This document shows, piece by piece, positions 49,903 to 62,030 of a stretch of 64,000 nucleotides of DNA (its first letter is position 1; every line of letters starts with the position of its first letter). A model generated the notes under the pieces. That model made no database searches. It saw nothing but the letters and a program-made list of their open reading frames with translations, and was not told where the DNA came from. The stretch is from Pseudogymnoascus verrucosus (taxonomy: Eukaryota): assembly GCA_001662655.1 (NCBI GenBank), contig KV460239.1; one strand, given 5' to 3'. A program made the translations under genes and the position numbers.

Positions 49903-51665
49903 ATGGAGGGCTCCAAAACTCCTGAGCAAGCCATTGCTCACAAGCGCAGTTTCGACGATCAGCAAGACGAGGACTCGGCCACTATGAAGGCCAGCGAAGA
50001 TCTGAAGCACACCCGCATATCTGACAAAGAGCCGACTGAGGGGGAAGCTTCCAAAGATGATGTTGGAATCGCGAAACCTTCGTCGGACAAGAGCGGCAAT
50101 ACGTCAGGTTTTACAAAGGAAACCACACCAGAGCGATCAACGCGTTCGGGCGGGGAGGATGATGGAATGATGGAGCAGATATCCTCGCCGAAGAAAAAGA
50201 GAGTCAGAGAACAAGATGAAGAAACGAAAGAATCCGATAAGATCAGTAAAGAGCGAGTTCCTTCGAATGGAAGCGCGACAAGTGCAGACCGATCAGATAG
50301 ATTGGAGCCAGAGAAGAAACGCCATCGCGACACTTTGGAAGGCGGGGCAGAAGCCGCGGCCGTCGCTGCATCACAACAGGTGCGTCATTCAAATACTCCA
50401 ACAACCATACTATGTCAGCTAACCAGTTATACCCAGGGCAAACAAGTTACCAACGGCGATGAAGGATCTAAAACAGCCGATAAGCCCAAAGGTAACGAAA
50501 CCGATTCCGATAAGCGATTACAGAAAGGAGAAGGAGAAACATCTACCGATATGCCTCAAACATCGTCCTCAGCATTTGCAAGCTCCGGTTTTGGGGCCCT
50601 GGCAGCATCTGGCACATCTGGATTCGGGGCGTTGGCGGGAAAGCCCAGCATATTCGGTGGTGGTTCTGCTACTACAGCATCACCTTTCGGGGGGAATCTC
50701 AAAGAAGAAACTGCCGCCAATAAGAGTACAGATGAGCCAAAGGCCGGAGAAGCCAGCAGCACATTCGGTGGCGCATTCGGAGGTGGCTCTGCCACTGGCT
50801 TTGGAGGTCAGGCCTCTGGCGGATTTGGAGGCGGCTTCGGCGGTGCCTTAGGTGGTGGTGGCTTTGGTGGTGGCTTTGGCGGCGGCTTTGCTGCTAACCA
50901 GTCAAAAACATTGTCCACATTCGGTTCTGCAAACCCAGATACGACTACAGCAGGAAAGCCGGCGAAAGCCTTTGGTGCCCCTGAGAGTGACGAAGAGGAG
51001 GAATCAGGAGATGATGGCGATGCTGAGGGAGATGTTGGGTCTGATGGAGAGGATGAAAGCAGCACCTTCGAGGATAAGAAAAAGCCAAAGCTGACCAAGG
51101 GTATGTCAGAAATGGATCAATACCCAACAACCTGTCTCGTGCACCAGACTAACTATTATGCAGTGCCCATACATGATGGCGAGGAAGACGAGGTAACACT
51201 GAGCCAATTCAGAGCGAAGCTCTTCGCGATGGAATCGAAAGAGGAAGGCTGGAAGGAAAGGGGAGTTGGAAACCTGAAAGTAAATGTCCACAAGACTTGC
51301 GTTGAGTTTGACGAATATACTGGAGCTGTGGTTCCGGGGAGCTTTGACGTCTCTCTCCGTGATGACGATGATGACGCCCCGCCAGTCATCGCCGCGCGAC
51401 TGGTTATGCGCCAAGAAAACACCCACCGAGTCATTTTGAATACGATCATTAATAGAGCGCTCAAGCTCGAAGAGAAGCCCTCCAACGCAGCAGGCAAAGG
51501 GTACATGTTTACAGCTTTCGATGGAAGTAGGCCAATAAACATGCTTCTGAAGGTAAACTTACTTCTTATATGCGATGATCGAGTGCTAATTAGAACTAGA
51601 TGAATGAGAGCAATGCGAAATTGTTTATATCGGAGGTCTCATCCGTCCAAAGTGGGCTTTTATGA
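49903..51665 (+). CDS. FG-repeat Ran-binding (RanBP1 domain) protein, Yrb2/Hba1-like
   Basis: Many GGFG repeats; GEEDE...FRAKLF...WKERGVGNLKVN...ARLVMRQENTHRVILN; three introns. Confidence 0.85.
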
Positions 51666-52332
51666 GTTTGAGCTTGATGAAACGACGTATACTATGCGGA
51701 TAGCCCGGCCAAGGGCATCGTTTTGTCTCTCCCATTCTAAAATGCCGAGGCCTTTACAACAATGGGGGACGTCATATCATGCATTCGATGAAGCGATTGC
51801 CAGTCTTATAAACAGCAGAGCACAGGGAACACTTATGAGAACCTTTGTAACATTTACATCACGAACAATACCCGAGGGATGGATCTACGGTCATCAATGC
51901 ATCATGAAGGTTTGGGGTTGCCCATAGCCTCTCCCATAGAATTCCAATCGAAACATGATTCCAAGAATCTATGCTCACTGTTTTGTATCTGCGTACCGCT
52001 CATAGTAGACTGTACAAGAGCAATGGAGGCTTCATAAATAAATACCCTTAAAACCATGTCAAAAACCACACTATAAGCGATGCCCTTTGAATACGAGTTG
52101 TAGGTCCAGACAACTCCTTTCCAACGTGTTTTAATCCCCTTTGAGTCCTCATAAATTCTCAACTTTTCTCACAATAATCAAGGAGTCTTCCAGAGCCTTG
52201 GCAAAATTGGGTTTCGACGCGAGAGCACGTGACTTGGCGTTATATTCTTTGTCTGCTTCAGGACGCGATAAATTATCAGTAACGGATGATGCGTCAAGCC
52301 ATGTAAAGCGTTTGCATTGGCCAAATGCAGTT

Positions 52333-55300
52333 ATGGACACCATAGGGGAAGCGCGGTTGCCTAATAAGGCCGTCCTCAAGCGCAAAAGAGCTGAGACTGG
52401 AGGAGGTGAAGGTGGAACGGGCGAGAACCCAGTTGTGGAAAAGCCAGTGGCAACGGTTGATCTTACAAAAGTTAATGGGGTACCATCAAAACCACGGAAG
52501 ACTGCCAAATCCCATGCTTTACCGGCAATTCGTCGCTCGGCATCAGCTTCTTCAAGTTCTACGACCAGCAATGCTATATGGCCTGCCTCATTTACCACAC
52601 TCGAGAAGACGCATCGGGCGCTCAATCTTGTCTTCACATTCTGCTGCGCACGCAAACATTTGGCTACCACATTTGAGACCATCAAAACAACTGTTGAAGG
52701 CCAAATAAAACGAGAATTAAAGGTAGAAGATGTGGCCAAGATAGTTGCTCTTCGCCCAACTGGGATTAACTTCTCGTTTGTCGACGAGGCTTCCCTCGAT
52801 GTCGACGTGAGAGAATATGAGAAAGATGATGCCTTCAGAGGTAATGCAGTAAAGAGTTCTCGTCTTTCCGAGACAGTCGATGGGAACGAAAACACAGCCC
52901 AGAGAGCTGGAAAGGAGATTCTGCTGTTCGAGTTCTTAGATGGAGATTTGAAGCGAGGCAGCCAGCAAAAATCCGAAAAGGGGCCAAAGGCCAGCAGAAA
53001 GTCGAAAGGAGACGAGTTAATATTACCAAAACTCAGCCAGAAGCAGATGACAGACTTAATCGAGAAGCGAAATACGAAGTTCCACAATGCAATCAATGCG
53101 TTTCTAAACCGCTGTGAGTCTGCGAATGACAATCCCGAGGAAATTTTAGAGAAAGAAGCCCAGGCATATATCCCGGAGCCATCAAACTCCACGGCCGATG
53201 CGTTAGAGTCGAAGATCAGCACCCTTCCAAAGTCAATCCCCAAAGAGCGGGAGTCTATTTCTCAGATTATAAAAGAGGTTAAAGACTGCGTGTGGTATAC
53301 AGGCCAGATTGTGCCAGACGGCCACCGTGTTTTCGACCCTCAAGAAGCCATATATGGTGACCTGAACTTCATACTCAGTCAGAATTTGGTAAATGCATTG
53401 TATAATACGAAAGGAATTACTCAATTTTATTCTCACCAAGCAGAAGCAATCAACGGGTTGAACGACGGCCACCATGTTATTGTTGCCACATCTACCAGTT
53501 CGGGCAAGAGTCTAATTTACCAGCTCCCCGTGCTACACGAATTGGAGCGAGACTCAAGTACTAGAGCAATGTACATCTTTCCAACCAAGGCTCTAGCACA
53601 GGACCAGAGAAGAAGCCTCAAGGAGATGATGAAGTACATGACTGGTCTCGAGGACACTTTGGTGGAGACCTTCGATGGAGACACAGCCATGACTGATCGG
53701 AATATCATACGTGAAGAAGGCCGAATCATTTTTACCAACCCAGATATGCTTCATATCACCATCCTCCCACAGGAGGACAAATGGCGCACATTTCTCAAAA
53801 ACTTAAAATTTGTGGTCGTTGATGAAATCCACGTCTACAACGGTCTTTTTGGTTCCCATGTTGCTTTCATCATGCGCAGGCTTCGGAGGATATGTGCGGC
53901 TTTGGGAAATCGACATATCAGATTCATATCATGCTCTGCCACTGTGGCTAATCCGACAGAACACTTCAAGACCATCTTCGGAATTGATGATGTTCGTTTG
54001 ATAGATTTTGACGGTTCCCCTTCGGGGAGAAAGGAATTTCTGTGTTGGAATACCCCTTTTAAAGACCCGGCGGATCCCTCAAGCGGCCGAGGAGATGCAG
54101 TGGCTGAATCCGCCCGACTTTTCTGCCAACTTATCCTGCGAGGGGTCCGAGTCATCGCCTTTTGCAAAGTTCGCCACAGGTGTGAATCTCTTGTGGCTGC
54201 GGTCAAATTTGAGTTGTCAGAACTTGGACGTTCAGACTGCATGGCAAGAGTTATGGGATATCGCGGAGGTTATACACCGCAGGATAGACGTCGGATTGAG
54301 GCAGAAATGTTTGAGGGGAAGCTGGTGGGTGTCATTGCCACATCAGCTCTCGAACTTGGCGTGGATATTGGATCTCTTGACGCCGTTATCACCGTTGGCT
54401 TTCCGTATACCATTGCAAACTTGAGGCAGCAGAGTGGCCGTGCGGGACGACGTAATAAGGACTCGCTTTCTGTGTTAGTGGGCGACTGCTTTCCAACAGA
54501 TCAGTACTATATGGAGAACCCGGACGAGATTTTCACAAAACCAAACTGCGAGCTCCAAGTCGACTTGCAGAACATGCTGGTGGTTGAGGGTCACGTCCAA
54601 TGCGCGGCATATGAGTTACCAATTCGGCCAAAAGAGGATTCTCTCTATTTTGGAAAATCTCTTCCTGCAATAGCGGAAGAACGGCTTGAGAAGGACGACC
54701 TGGGTTTTTATCATTGCAACGAACGATACCGGCCCATGCCATCCAAGTTTGTAGCTATACGTGATACCGAAGAGGACCATTTTGCTATCATCGATATAAC
54801 GCACGGAAGGAATATTGTCTTGGAAGAACTGGAAGCCTCCCGAGCCTTCTTTACATTGTATGATGGCGGAATTTTCATGCACCAGGGAAACACATACCTT
54901 GTGAAAGAGTTTAATCCCGATCGTAAAATTGCTCGTGTCGAGCTTGTCAAGGTCGATTGGACGACACAGCAAAGAGACTTCACAGACATCGATCCGATTG
55001 AAACAGAGGCAATGCGACGTATTACTGGATCTCCGTCCCGAGCCTTCTATGGCACCATCAAGATCCAGCAGACCGTTTTTGGATTTTTCAAAGTCGACCG
55101 GAGAGGGCGCAAGATGGACGCTGTGGAAGTTGACAACCCACCAATAATACGCTTCAGCAAAGGAATGTGGCTTGATGTCCCCAAACATGCTCTAGATATT
55201 CTTGTTGAGAGGAGACTTAATGTCGCAGGTGCAATTCATGCGGCTGAACATGCTATACTGAGTCTGATGCCGAACTTTGTTGTCAGCATGCCTGGGGATG

Positions 55301-55803
55301 TGAGAACGGAGTGTAAAGTGGCCGTCAAGGAATTTGCAAGGAAGGAGACAGCAAGAAAACGTCCTGCGCGGCTCACCTTCTATGACGCAAAAGGCGGCGC
55401 TGGTGGCTCTGGGATCAGTACCAAAGCTTTTGAGTTTGTGGATATGCTTCTCCCCCAAGCGATTCAACGAGTGGAAGCTTGTCATTGCCATGACGGGTGT
55501 GTTGAATGCGTCAACTCCGAATTCTGTAAACATGCCAATGAGGTGATGAGCAAGGCTGGCAGCCAGGTGGTTCTGAAGAGTTTGCTGAATATGGAAATCG
55601 ACGTTGACTCGTTGCCCATGGGGCCCGAACAATTTAGCCCTGCCGGGATCGAAACCGTAGTTCTAGCGGAGCAGATTCTACCGCGTGGAAGAGGACTAAT
55701 AGAGGAGAACTCAAGTGCAGTGAGCGGGATGGAGTCGCTAGTTCCCGGCAAGTCGAGTGGAGAGGATGCAGACTTACATACTGTTGTAAAAGCTGAACCG
55801 TAG
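52333..55803 (+). CDS. HRQ1: RecQ4-like DEAD/DEAH helicase Hrq1 with C-terminal Zn-binding (DUF1998) domain
   Basis: YSHQAEAI, TSTSSGKSL, FPTKALAQDQ, VDEIH, SAT, YRGGY, ALELGVDIG, QQSGRAGRR, HAAEHA and CHCHDGCVEC motifs. Confidence 0.94.
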   Translation: MDTIGEARLPNKAVLKRKRAETGGGEGGTGENPVVEKPVATVDLTKVNGVPSKPRKTAKSHALPAIRRSASASSSSTTSNAIWPASFTTLEKTHRALNLVFTFCCARKHLATTFETIKTTVEGQIKRELKVEDVAKIVALRPTGINFSFVDEASLDVDVREYEKDDAFRGNAVKSSRLSETVDGNENTAQRAGKEILLFEFLDGDLKRGSQQKSEKGPKASRKSKGDELILPKLSQKQMTDLIEKRNTKFHNAINAFLNRCESANDNPEEILEKEAQAYIPEPSNSTADALESKISTLPKSIPKERESISQIIKEVKDCVWYTGQIVPDGHRVFDPQEAIYGDLNFILSQNLVNALYNTKGITQFYSHQAEAINGLNDGHHVIVATSTSSGKSLIYQLPVLHELERDSSTRAMYIFPTKALAQDQRRSLKEMMKYMTGLEDTLVETFDGDTAMTDRNIIREEGRIIFTNPDMLHITILPQEDKWRTFLKNLKFVVVDEIHVYNGLFGSHVAFIMRRLRRICAALGNRHIRFISCSATVANPTEHFKTIFGIDDVRLIDFDGSPSGRKEFLCWNTPFKDPADPSSGRGDAVAESARLFCQLILRGVRVIAFCKVRHRCESLVAAVKFELSELGRSDCMARVMGYRGGYTPQDRRRIEAEMFEGKLVGVIATSALELGVDIGSLDAVITVGFPYTIANLRQQSGRAGRRNKDSLSVLVGDCFPTDQYYMENPDEIFTKPNCELQVDLQNMLVVEGHVQCAAYELPIRPKEDSLYFGKSLPAIAEERLEKDDLGFYHCNERYRPMPSKFVAIRDTEEDHFAIIDITHGRNIVLEELEASRAFFTLYDGGIFMHQGNTYLVKEFNPDRKIARVELVKVDWTTQQRDFTDIDPIETEAMRRITGSPSRAFYGTIKIQQTVFGFFKVDRRGRKMDAVEVDNPPIIRFSKGMWLDVPKHALDILVERRLNVAGAIHAAEHAILSLMPNFVVSMPGDVRTECKVAVKEFARKETARKRPARLTFYDAKGGAGGSGISTKAFEFVDMLLPQAIQRVEACHCHDGCVECVNSEFCKHANEVMSKAGSQVVLKSLLNMEIDVDSLPMGPEQFSPAGIETVVLAEQILPRGRGLIEENSSAVSGMESLVPGKSSGEDADLHTVVKAEP

Positions 55804-56719
55804 GATTAGCAGACTCTTGTAGAGTATTATGAATTACGGATTTATGAGAAACGTTTTGAAATTTTAATATTTATAAACATACTTTAAACTACAGAACGTC
55901 ATGGCGTCTTGTTGAGTTCGATTATTAAATAATATTTCTTGCTAATAATACATTACTTGATATCATAGAAGCATTATGTAAATGAAAGATGGCTTGCACA
56001 TAGAACGAGAAGATGCGAGCATTAAAGTGATTGTCTCGAACTTCCCGGCCGAATCTACGAGACGCTATTCAAAACCAGACAAAGATATTGTGGAGAAAGC
56101 CAACGGCGGCGTCTATATACACCCCTATAATAATTCCCTGCACAATGAATTCCGTTCGACGGATAAGGAGCAAGAGATCAGTAATAGTACCACTGGTATT
56201 CCCGTTTTGAAGGAGCGGATAGGTCCAGCTGAAAGATTGAGATCCGGAAATCGATTCTTATAAGATGGGTGGCCTAATATAGAATATTCGTACAAAGATA
56301 TTATACCGTATATGAAAGATATGTTTGCTTGTTCGACTAAACGCGTCCTTTCATTGTTCTCTGTTCGAGGGCCGTTGCCACAGCACTGAAGCACCTAGAC
56401 TATCTCCGCTGTTCGCGCTGATAGTGGAATTCGGTTCTAACTTGGACATAAAATTAGTTGTTAGCCTTTGACGTGTAGGCATTTACTCGGCAACACGTCC
56501 TCGCCCTTATTTAATAACCTTGAAGCACGTCTTTCTTCCTTCTGACTTACATCTTCCACCACAACACAACCACCACAACACAACACCACCCTTCTTCCTT
56601 CGTTGCTTCTCCGCTTTTGCTTTAAACCTTGGGGGTTATCAGAAGCCCCCTCAGACCTTTGATCAAACTCCTCCAGTTCAAAACATCATCTCTCGCCATA
56701 ACAACACTGTGTGAGAATC

Positions 56720-58736
56720 ATGGCTCCCTCACCCCACAACACACGAGCTCTTATTATGAACCGAAACAGTTCTCCTAAACTGCTCAGTGCATATAACACA
56801 CGCTCTGCCATCATGAACCAGCAGAGTGCCTCTAACCACCTCAGTGCCTATGGCACACGATCTGTCATCACCAACGAGCACAGTGCCTCTGACAAGATCG
56901 GTGTTTCTGACAGGCTCGGTGCCTCTGTCAACCTTGATGCTTCTGCCAACCTTGGTGTTTGTGTCAACCTTGGTGCTTCTGAATACCTTGGTGCCTCTGG
57001 CCATCTTGGTGCTTCTGACTATCTCGGTGCTGACAAGCCCAGAGCGTCCAGCAAGCTCAGTGTCTATAGCACAAGCTTTTCCACCACAGGTCTGAAGAGT
57101 ACCTCTGACAAGCTCAGTGCCTACAGCACGGACTATTCCACCACAGATCTGAAGAGTGGTGCCTCTGACAAGCTCAGTGCCTATGACATTCCATCCGTCA
57201 GGAGGAACCAGCACAATGCCTCCAACAAGCTCAGTGCTTATAAGATTTCATCCGTCACTAGGAGCCGCTTCAGTGATGTCTTGCAAGTGGGTCGGAAGGA
57301 GATCTCCCTGGATAAGCAGTGCCTAGACCCAGATTGCAACGACTTCTGCCAAGGTGCCACAGGTAAGGCGACAAAAGAGATCCGCCACCTATCCTCAATC
57401 GCTGACATGCAACTGTGTAGATAAGTCTTTCAAGACGGAGCCCGGGAGCAAGCAGGATGACTTCTCTCTCAACATGGACGGCGTCCTGAATGTCTTCGGT
57501 CCATTCGGCCGTAGCAGCTTGCCTCCTATCCCAGAGCACACCACGCCAACCAAAGCTTCCCAAGCTGCCGGTCCAAACCTCCGTGATATTGGGCTCAACA
57601 CCAGCAACCCATCTATCAGTGACCCCGATCTGCTGGTTTACCCAGACCTTCGCAAACGCGTTGGGAGATATTTCGAAACCCGCAAGCCAACCCCTGAGGG
57701 CTGGACATGGTCCGTCGACGGCAGACTCAACGCCGCTGCTCCCCTATACGCACCCACCCAAAGCTCCACCAGTGTTGCGTTGACCGATTCATCGACCATC
57801 GCCTCTGGCAGCGTAACGGAGTTCAGCCAAGCTGGCCCCTCTCGCCCGTCGACGCCTCAAATGGGTCCCTATCAAATGGGACTCTATCAAATGAGCCTTG
57901 GCCCGCCAACGCCTCAAATGGGCCCCTACCAAATGGCCCTCTATAAGACGAGCCCCCCTCCAGAGGCCCCCCTTCAAATGGCCCTTGTTCAATCGGGTCC
58001 CTCTCAAATGGGGCCCCTCACAGCTGGGCTCAACAACCCTCTCGATCCGATCGCCGTAATCGGCAAGATGCGAGAGATCCAGACTGAGGGCATGCAGCCA
58101 TTCGGGCCATCTCGTTACCTTAGTCATCCCAATGGAAACCCCACCGGCAACCCCAACGGCAACTACCTGGGCACCATGAGTGCCGCCTCCAACCAGATGA
58201 CCAACCTGCCCGACCATTTGAACACGTGCATCTGGGTCGAAGGCGCGCCTGCCGACATGACTTACTACGAGATGCTGAGAAGCATCCGCCACTGTGGAAA
58301 GGTGTACTCCGTGCACATCAACCCTCCCAGGGAGAAGCACTTCACTGCCGCGGCCAAGATCGCTTTTTGCACTCGCCTCGGGGCCGAGAACTTCTTTCAC
58401 CAGGCCCACTCGGGTTATGGCATCGTCATCCGTGGCCGCCGCCTCTGTGTCCGCTGGAACAGGAACAAGTACCGTGAGAACTTCAATCGCGGTGAGTCTC
58501 GTGTTCTGAGAATCTCCGGGCCCTCGGACTATATCAACTACCCGGTCCTAGCAGAGTACTTCAGCCGTCTCTTCTACTTCAATCTCATCTTGGTTCAGGA
58601 GGTGTCACCTGGAGTCATGATCTGGGAGTTCTCGAGCATCCTCGCTCAGGCTCATTCGGCAAAGCAGGCTATTGAGCGTGAACCTGCCATGATGAACCTC
58701 GTCCGCATCAAGTACGAGCGCGACCCTTGCGAATGA
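56720..58736 (+). CDS. Repeat-rich protein with C-terminal RRM-like domains
   Basis: Two ORFs joined by intron 57363-57420 (GTAAGG...GCTGAC...TAG). RRM-like NTCIWVEGAPADMTYYEML...GKVYSVHINPP...AAKIAF, and a second SRVLRISGP...WEFSS domain. Confidence 0.78.
56756..57250 (+). repeat. Coding minisatellites: ~60-bp SDKLSAY units and 18-bp xxLGAS units
   Basis: Recurring CTCTGACAAGCTCAGTGCCTA and CTTGGTGCYTCTG motifs. Confidence 0.8.
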
Positions 58737-59467
58737 AGTGGGCCAGGACATTTGACTGCTTGTCTGGCGTCAATATTTGATTTCTTGATTTTGTGTCGAA
58801 AAGTATGGCGGAGGTCGAATATCCTCGTAATTCCGTTTTCACTTGAGGGTAGTGGAATGAGTTGGAATACTGGCTCGTGTTGATGCTGCCAATGAAAGAA
58901 AATTGGGTATCTGGAAGCTCATACATGCGTTCTCACCGTTGGGTGAGCGTCATCCTGTGTAAATGGATGGAATGAATTCTACTGGATAACAATGTAATCA
59001 TGCATTGAAGATGAGGAACGCCGATGCTGGATACAGAGAGGACGGCACTACCTCAGACATGGTCGAGAATGGAAAGTAGCCTAATGAATATGAATATTTA
59101 CAATTGTGTCACTACACATTCGCCATAGTGACTACCATGCCTTCATATAATTCGGAAAATCTTATTCTCCGCCAGCAACTAACCGGCATAAGGAGCCCCT
59201 TGCCACCGTTCAAGCTTGATTTTCACAGCAAACACAGCACAAGCAATGGGGGTGTGTTAAATTCGTTTGATTCCTATGTATGCAGTCTGGAATCCTTTTT
59301 CCATGTTCGCCATCCCCTTCTTAAAAAACAAATATAAACGCGCTCAACCTGCAACCCAATTTCAAGTTATAAATAGACTTATAAATAGACATAATGAACC
59401 CGCTATGCACAAGCAGAGGTGAAATACAAACACAATACTATATCGTGACACTAATGTGCATCACTTA

Positions 59468-60942
59468 TCAATGGCCTTCCGCCGGAGCTGCAGTTTCTCC
59501 TTCAGCTGTCCCTCCATGGTGTGCAGGATTCGGGTAATAGAAAGCCGCCACGGCAATGATGATGTATACAATCACCAACAGGGCCCCCTCCAGGTAGTTG
59601 CTCTTGCGGTCCTTGAGGAAATTGCCGACGACAATAATGGACAGGATGACGACAACAATCGTGAAGAGGTCAAAGTTTAGATCCAGCTCCCGATGAAGGC
59701 CCCAGCTAACGACGACAGCCAGAGGTGCGTTGAACAGTGCAGTCTGGATAGTTGCTCCCAGAACGTGGGCCAAGGCAAGGTTCATGGAATTGTCCCAGGC
59801 TTCGTCGATGGCAGTTATGTGTTCTGCGGCTTTCTCGACAAGTGGGACGAGAATTAAGCCCATAAATAGATCTGAGACTCCGTTATTCTCGACTATGTGG
59901 GGGATCTCCATCACCAGGGAGATGGCCATTAAAGTCACCAGCGCGACGGAGATGGCCAAGGCAAGCACAGACTCCGTCAGAGTGAGTTTGGGCTTTATGA
60001 TGTCGTGTTCGCGATCCGCATCCCCATGCTCATCTTTCAAGAAAATGGCATCGTAAATGCTGTGGTGAGATCGCATATTGAAGAATATGTAGAAGGCGTA
60101 TGATATGATGAGCAGAATTGCCGTGATTCGGGAGATTTGCAGAACTGCTACTTTCAGATCCGCAGGTGTAATATCGGTACTACCCTGAAGTGCATTGTAG
60201 AAAGCTGTCGGTACGACAAGACCAAGGCCACTAGAATAGAGTTAGCTTTGCACATATGATTGTCAGAAGTTGAGAGTTACGCAATAAGTAAGAGACCATT
60301 CCCCACTTCACTAATGGCCTCATCGAACGTCTGCTCATCGCGGCGAAGGCCACCAGCGAAGAAGCAGAGTCCGAGACAAAGCAACATAGTCGCCAGGATA
60401 GAGCCCAGTATAGCAGCTTGGATGACAAGATATTCGCCCTGGGTGAGAAGCACCATAAACAGCACAATCTCAACAATAGAGCCAAACGTCGTCTCCATCA
60501 AGACTCCCAAGACTCTCGGCAGCTTCCGACTGAACTCCTGGCCAGCGAAGCCAACAAGGTTGGCACTCGGGACCATGGCGATGTAGCTGAGGATGAATAT
60601 AACCACGTTGAGGTCGGGTCGGGCGTATCGAACTGCGAGGGCAGCGGGCACAAAGGGCCACAATATGTTGACGAACATCGATGCCCGGCATGATGAGATG
60701 AAGCAGATTCGGAGGAAATGCCACGGGTGAATCCAGGATCTGCCGCTCTCTCCATCGGGGGCAATGCCTTTCGTAACTCGCAGACCAGCTTCGTTGATGA
60801 CATGTTGCCCAGGTAAACGGCGCTTTTCGGATACAGCTGCAGGTGCAGAAGAGGGAGAGTTCATTTCCACATCAGTGTCGGCGGGAGCTGTGCCCTTTTC
60901 CTCCCCGTCTGGCGCTTTACCGCCTCGGTGGAAAATTCCCAT
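59468..60942 (-). CDS. Ca2+/H+ antiporter, CAX/VCX1 family
   Basis: ETTFGSIVE and GSILATMLL (alpha-1 repeat); PLVEKAAEH and GATIQTALF (alpha-2 repeat); KSNYLEG; one intron near 60230-60280. Confidence 0.9.
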
Positions 60943-62030
60943 GATGAGAGGTGATTGAGGTATTGGGGTTGTCGGATCAAGCTTTTGGCTGTCCCTACTG
61001 AGTGCCACTCGTGTGCCAGCAGGAGCGTATCACGAAGTCGTCGTCGTTGGGCTTGGGCGGTTTAAGGGAGCTACAGTCTTTGTTGATGCAAGTAAACAAA
61101 GCACAACAATACAGTAGAAATAAGGGAAGGGGGAACGTATACGAAGGGAAATTAACAAGAAAAGAGCGTCATCAATGAGAGCAACATAAACTTATTCTGT
61201 CTGGTACTTGCAAAACACATGAGCCAGGGACGTCTAGACAACCTTGGCATTTGAAGGCGCAGCAAGTAAGTGCGGGATATGCGCTGGGAAATGCGCTGGC
61301 ATCAAACTGGTGGACTTGTGGACTTGTGAAAATGGTGGAGTGGACTGGTTGGTGGCATCGAATAAGGAGCAACATTTGGTAAACGAGGGTGTCAGAGAAA
61401 CAAGCAACGGGACAGCTTATCTTGGAACTCCTGAAACTACGGGAGCAATAGATCTGGCGGGTTAGTACGGGGCTTGGCGCCTGGGTTCCCGCCTCCTCCA
61501 CAGCAATTTAACAGGCGCTAACACAGCTAACCCAGCTGATCCCCGGGGTTTGCAGGCCCTCCCGTGTATTGTACAGGTGAGACATCAGCTGAATCCAATT
61601 GTGATTGCCATCGAATTGAGGAAAAGATCTCCAAGCCAATATTAGGGAGTGTCCCGCATATGTCGACGAATAATATTCACACGAAATCTCACCCGAGAGA
61701 CCAATTACATGGCGTATTGGTGGATTACTTCTTATGCGCCTACCATAAGGGGTGCTGGACTTTATTCATAAAGTTGTGATACAAGGCAAGCAGCCGCTCA
61801 AACAGTTTGATCAACATCTTCAGACTATCCCAGAAGCAGACCGAGAACACTGAAAACGATATGTTATGCCCTATTATATAAACAAGCTCCAAGCTCCATG
61901 CCTCCTCCCTACTAGTTCTACAGCTCTAACCGGATCAGAATCCCCAGAGTATTATTGTACATTACAATTATCCTTAAGTCTTTGGTCTCGTCTTTGCGTC
62001 AAGTGAAATGGGTATCATCAATCAATCGCT

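Noticed and set aside
55982..56394. Short ORFs between HRQ1 and the RRM gene
   Set aside because: No homology cues or splice support.
57354..57424. Apparent frameshift or premature stop between two overlapping ORFs
   Set aside because: Explained by a canonical intron 57363-57420 that restores the frame; no need for recoding or RNA editing.
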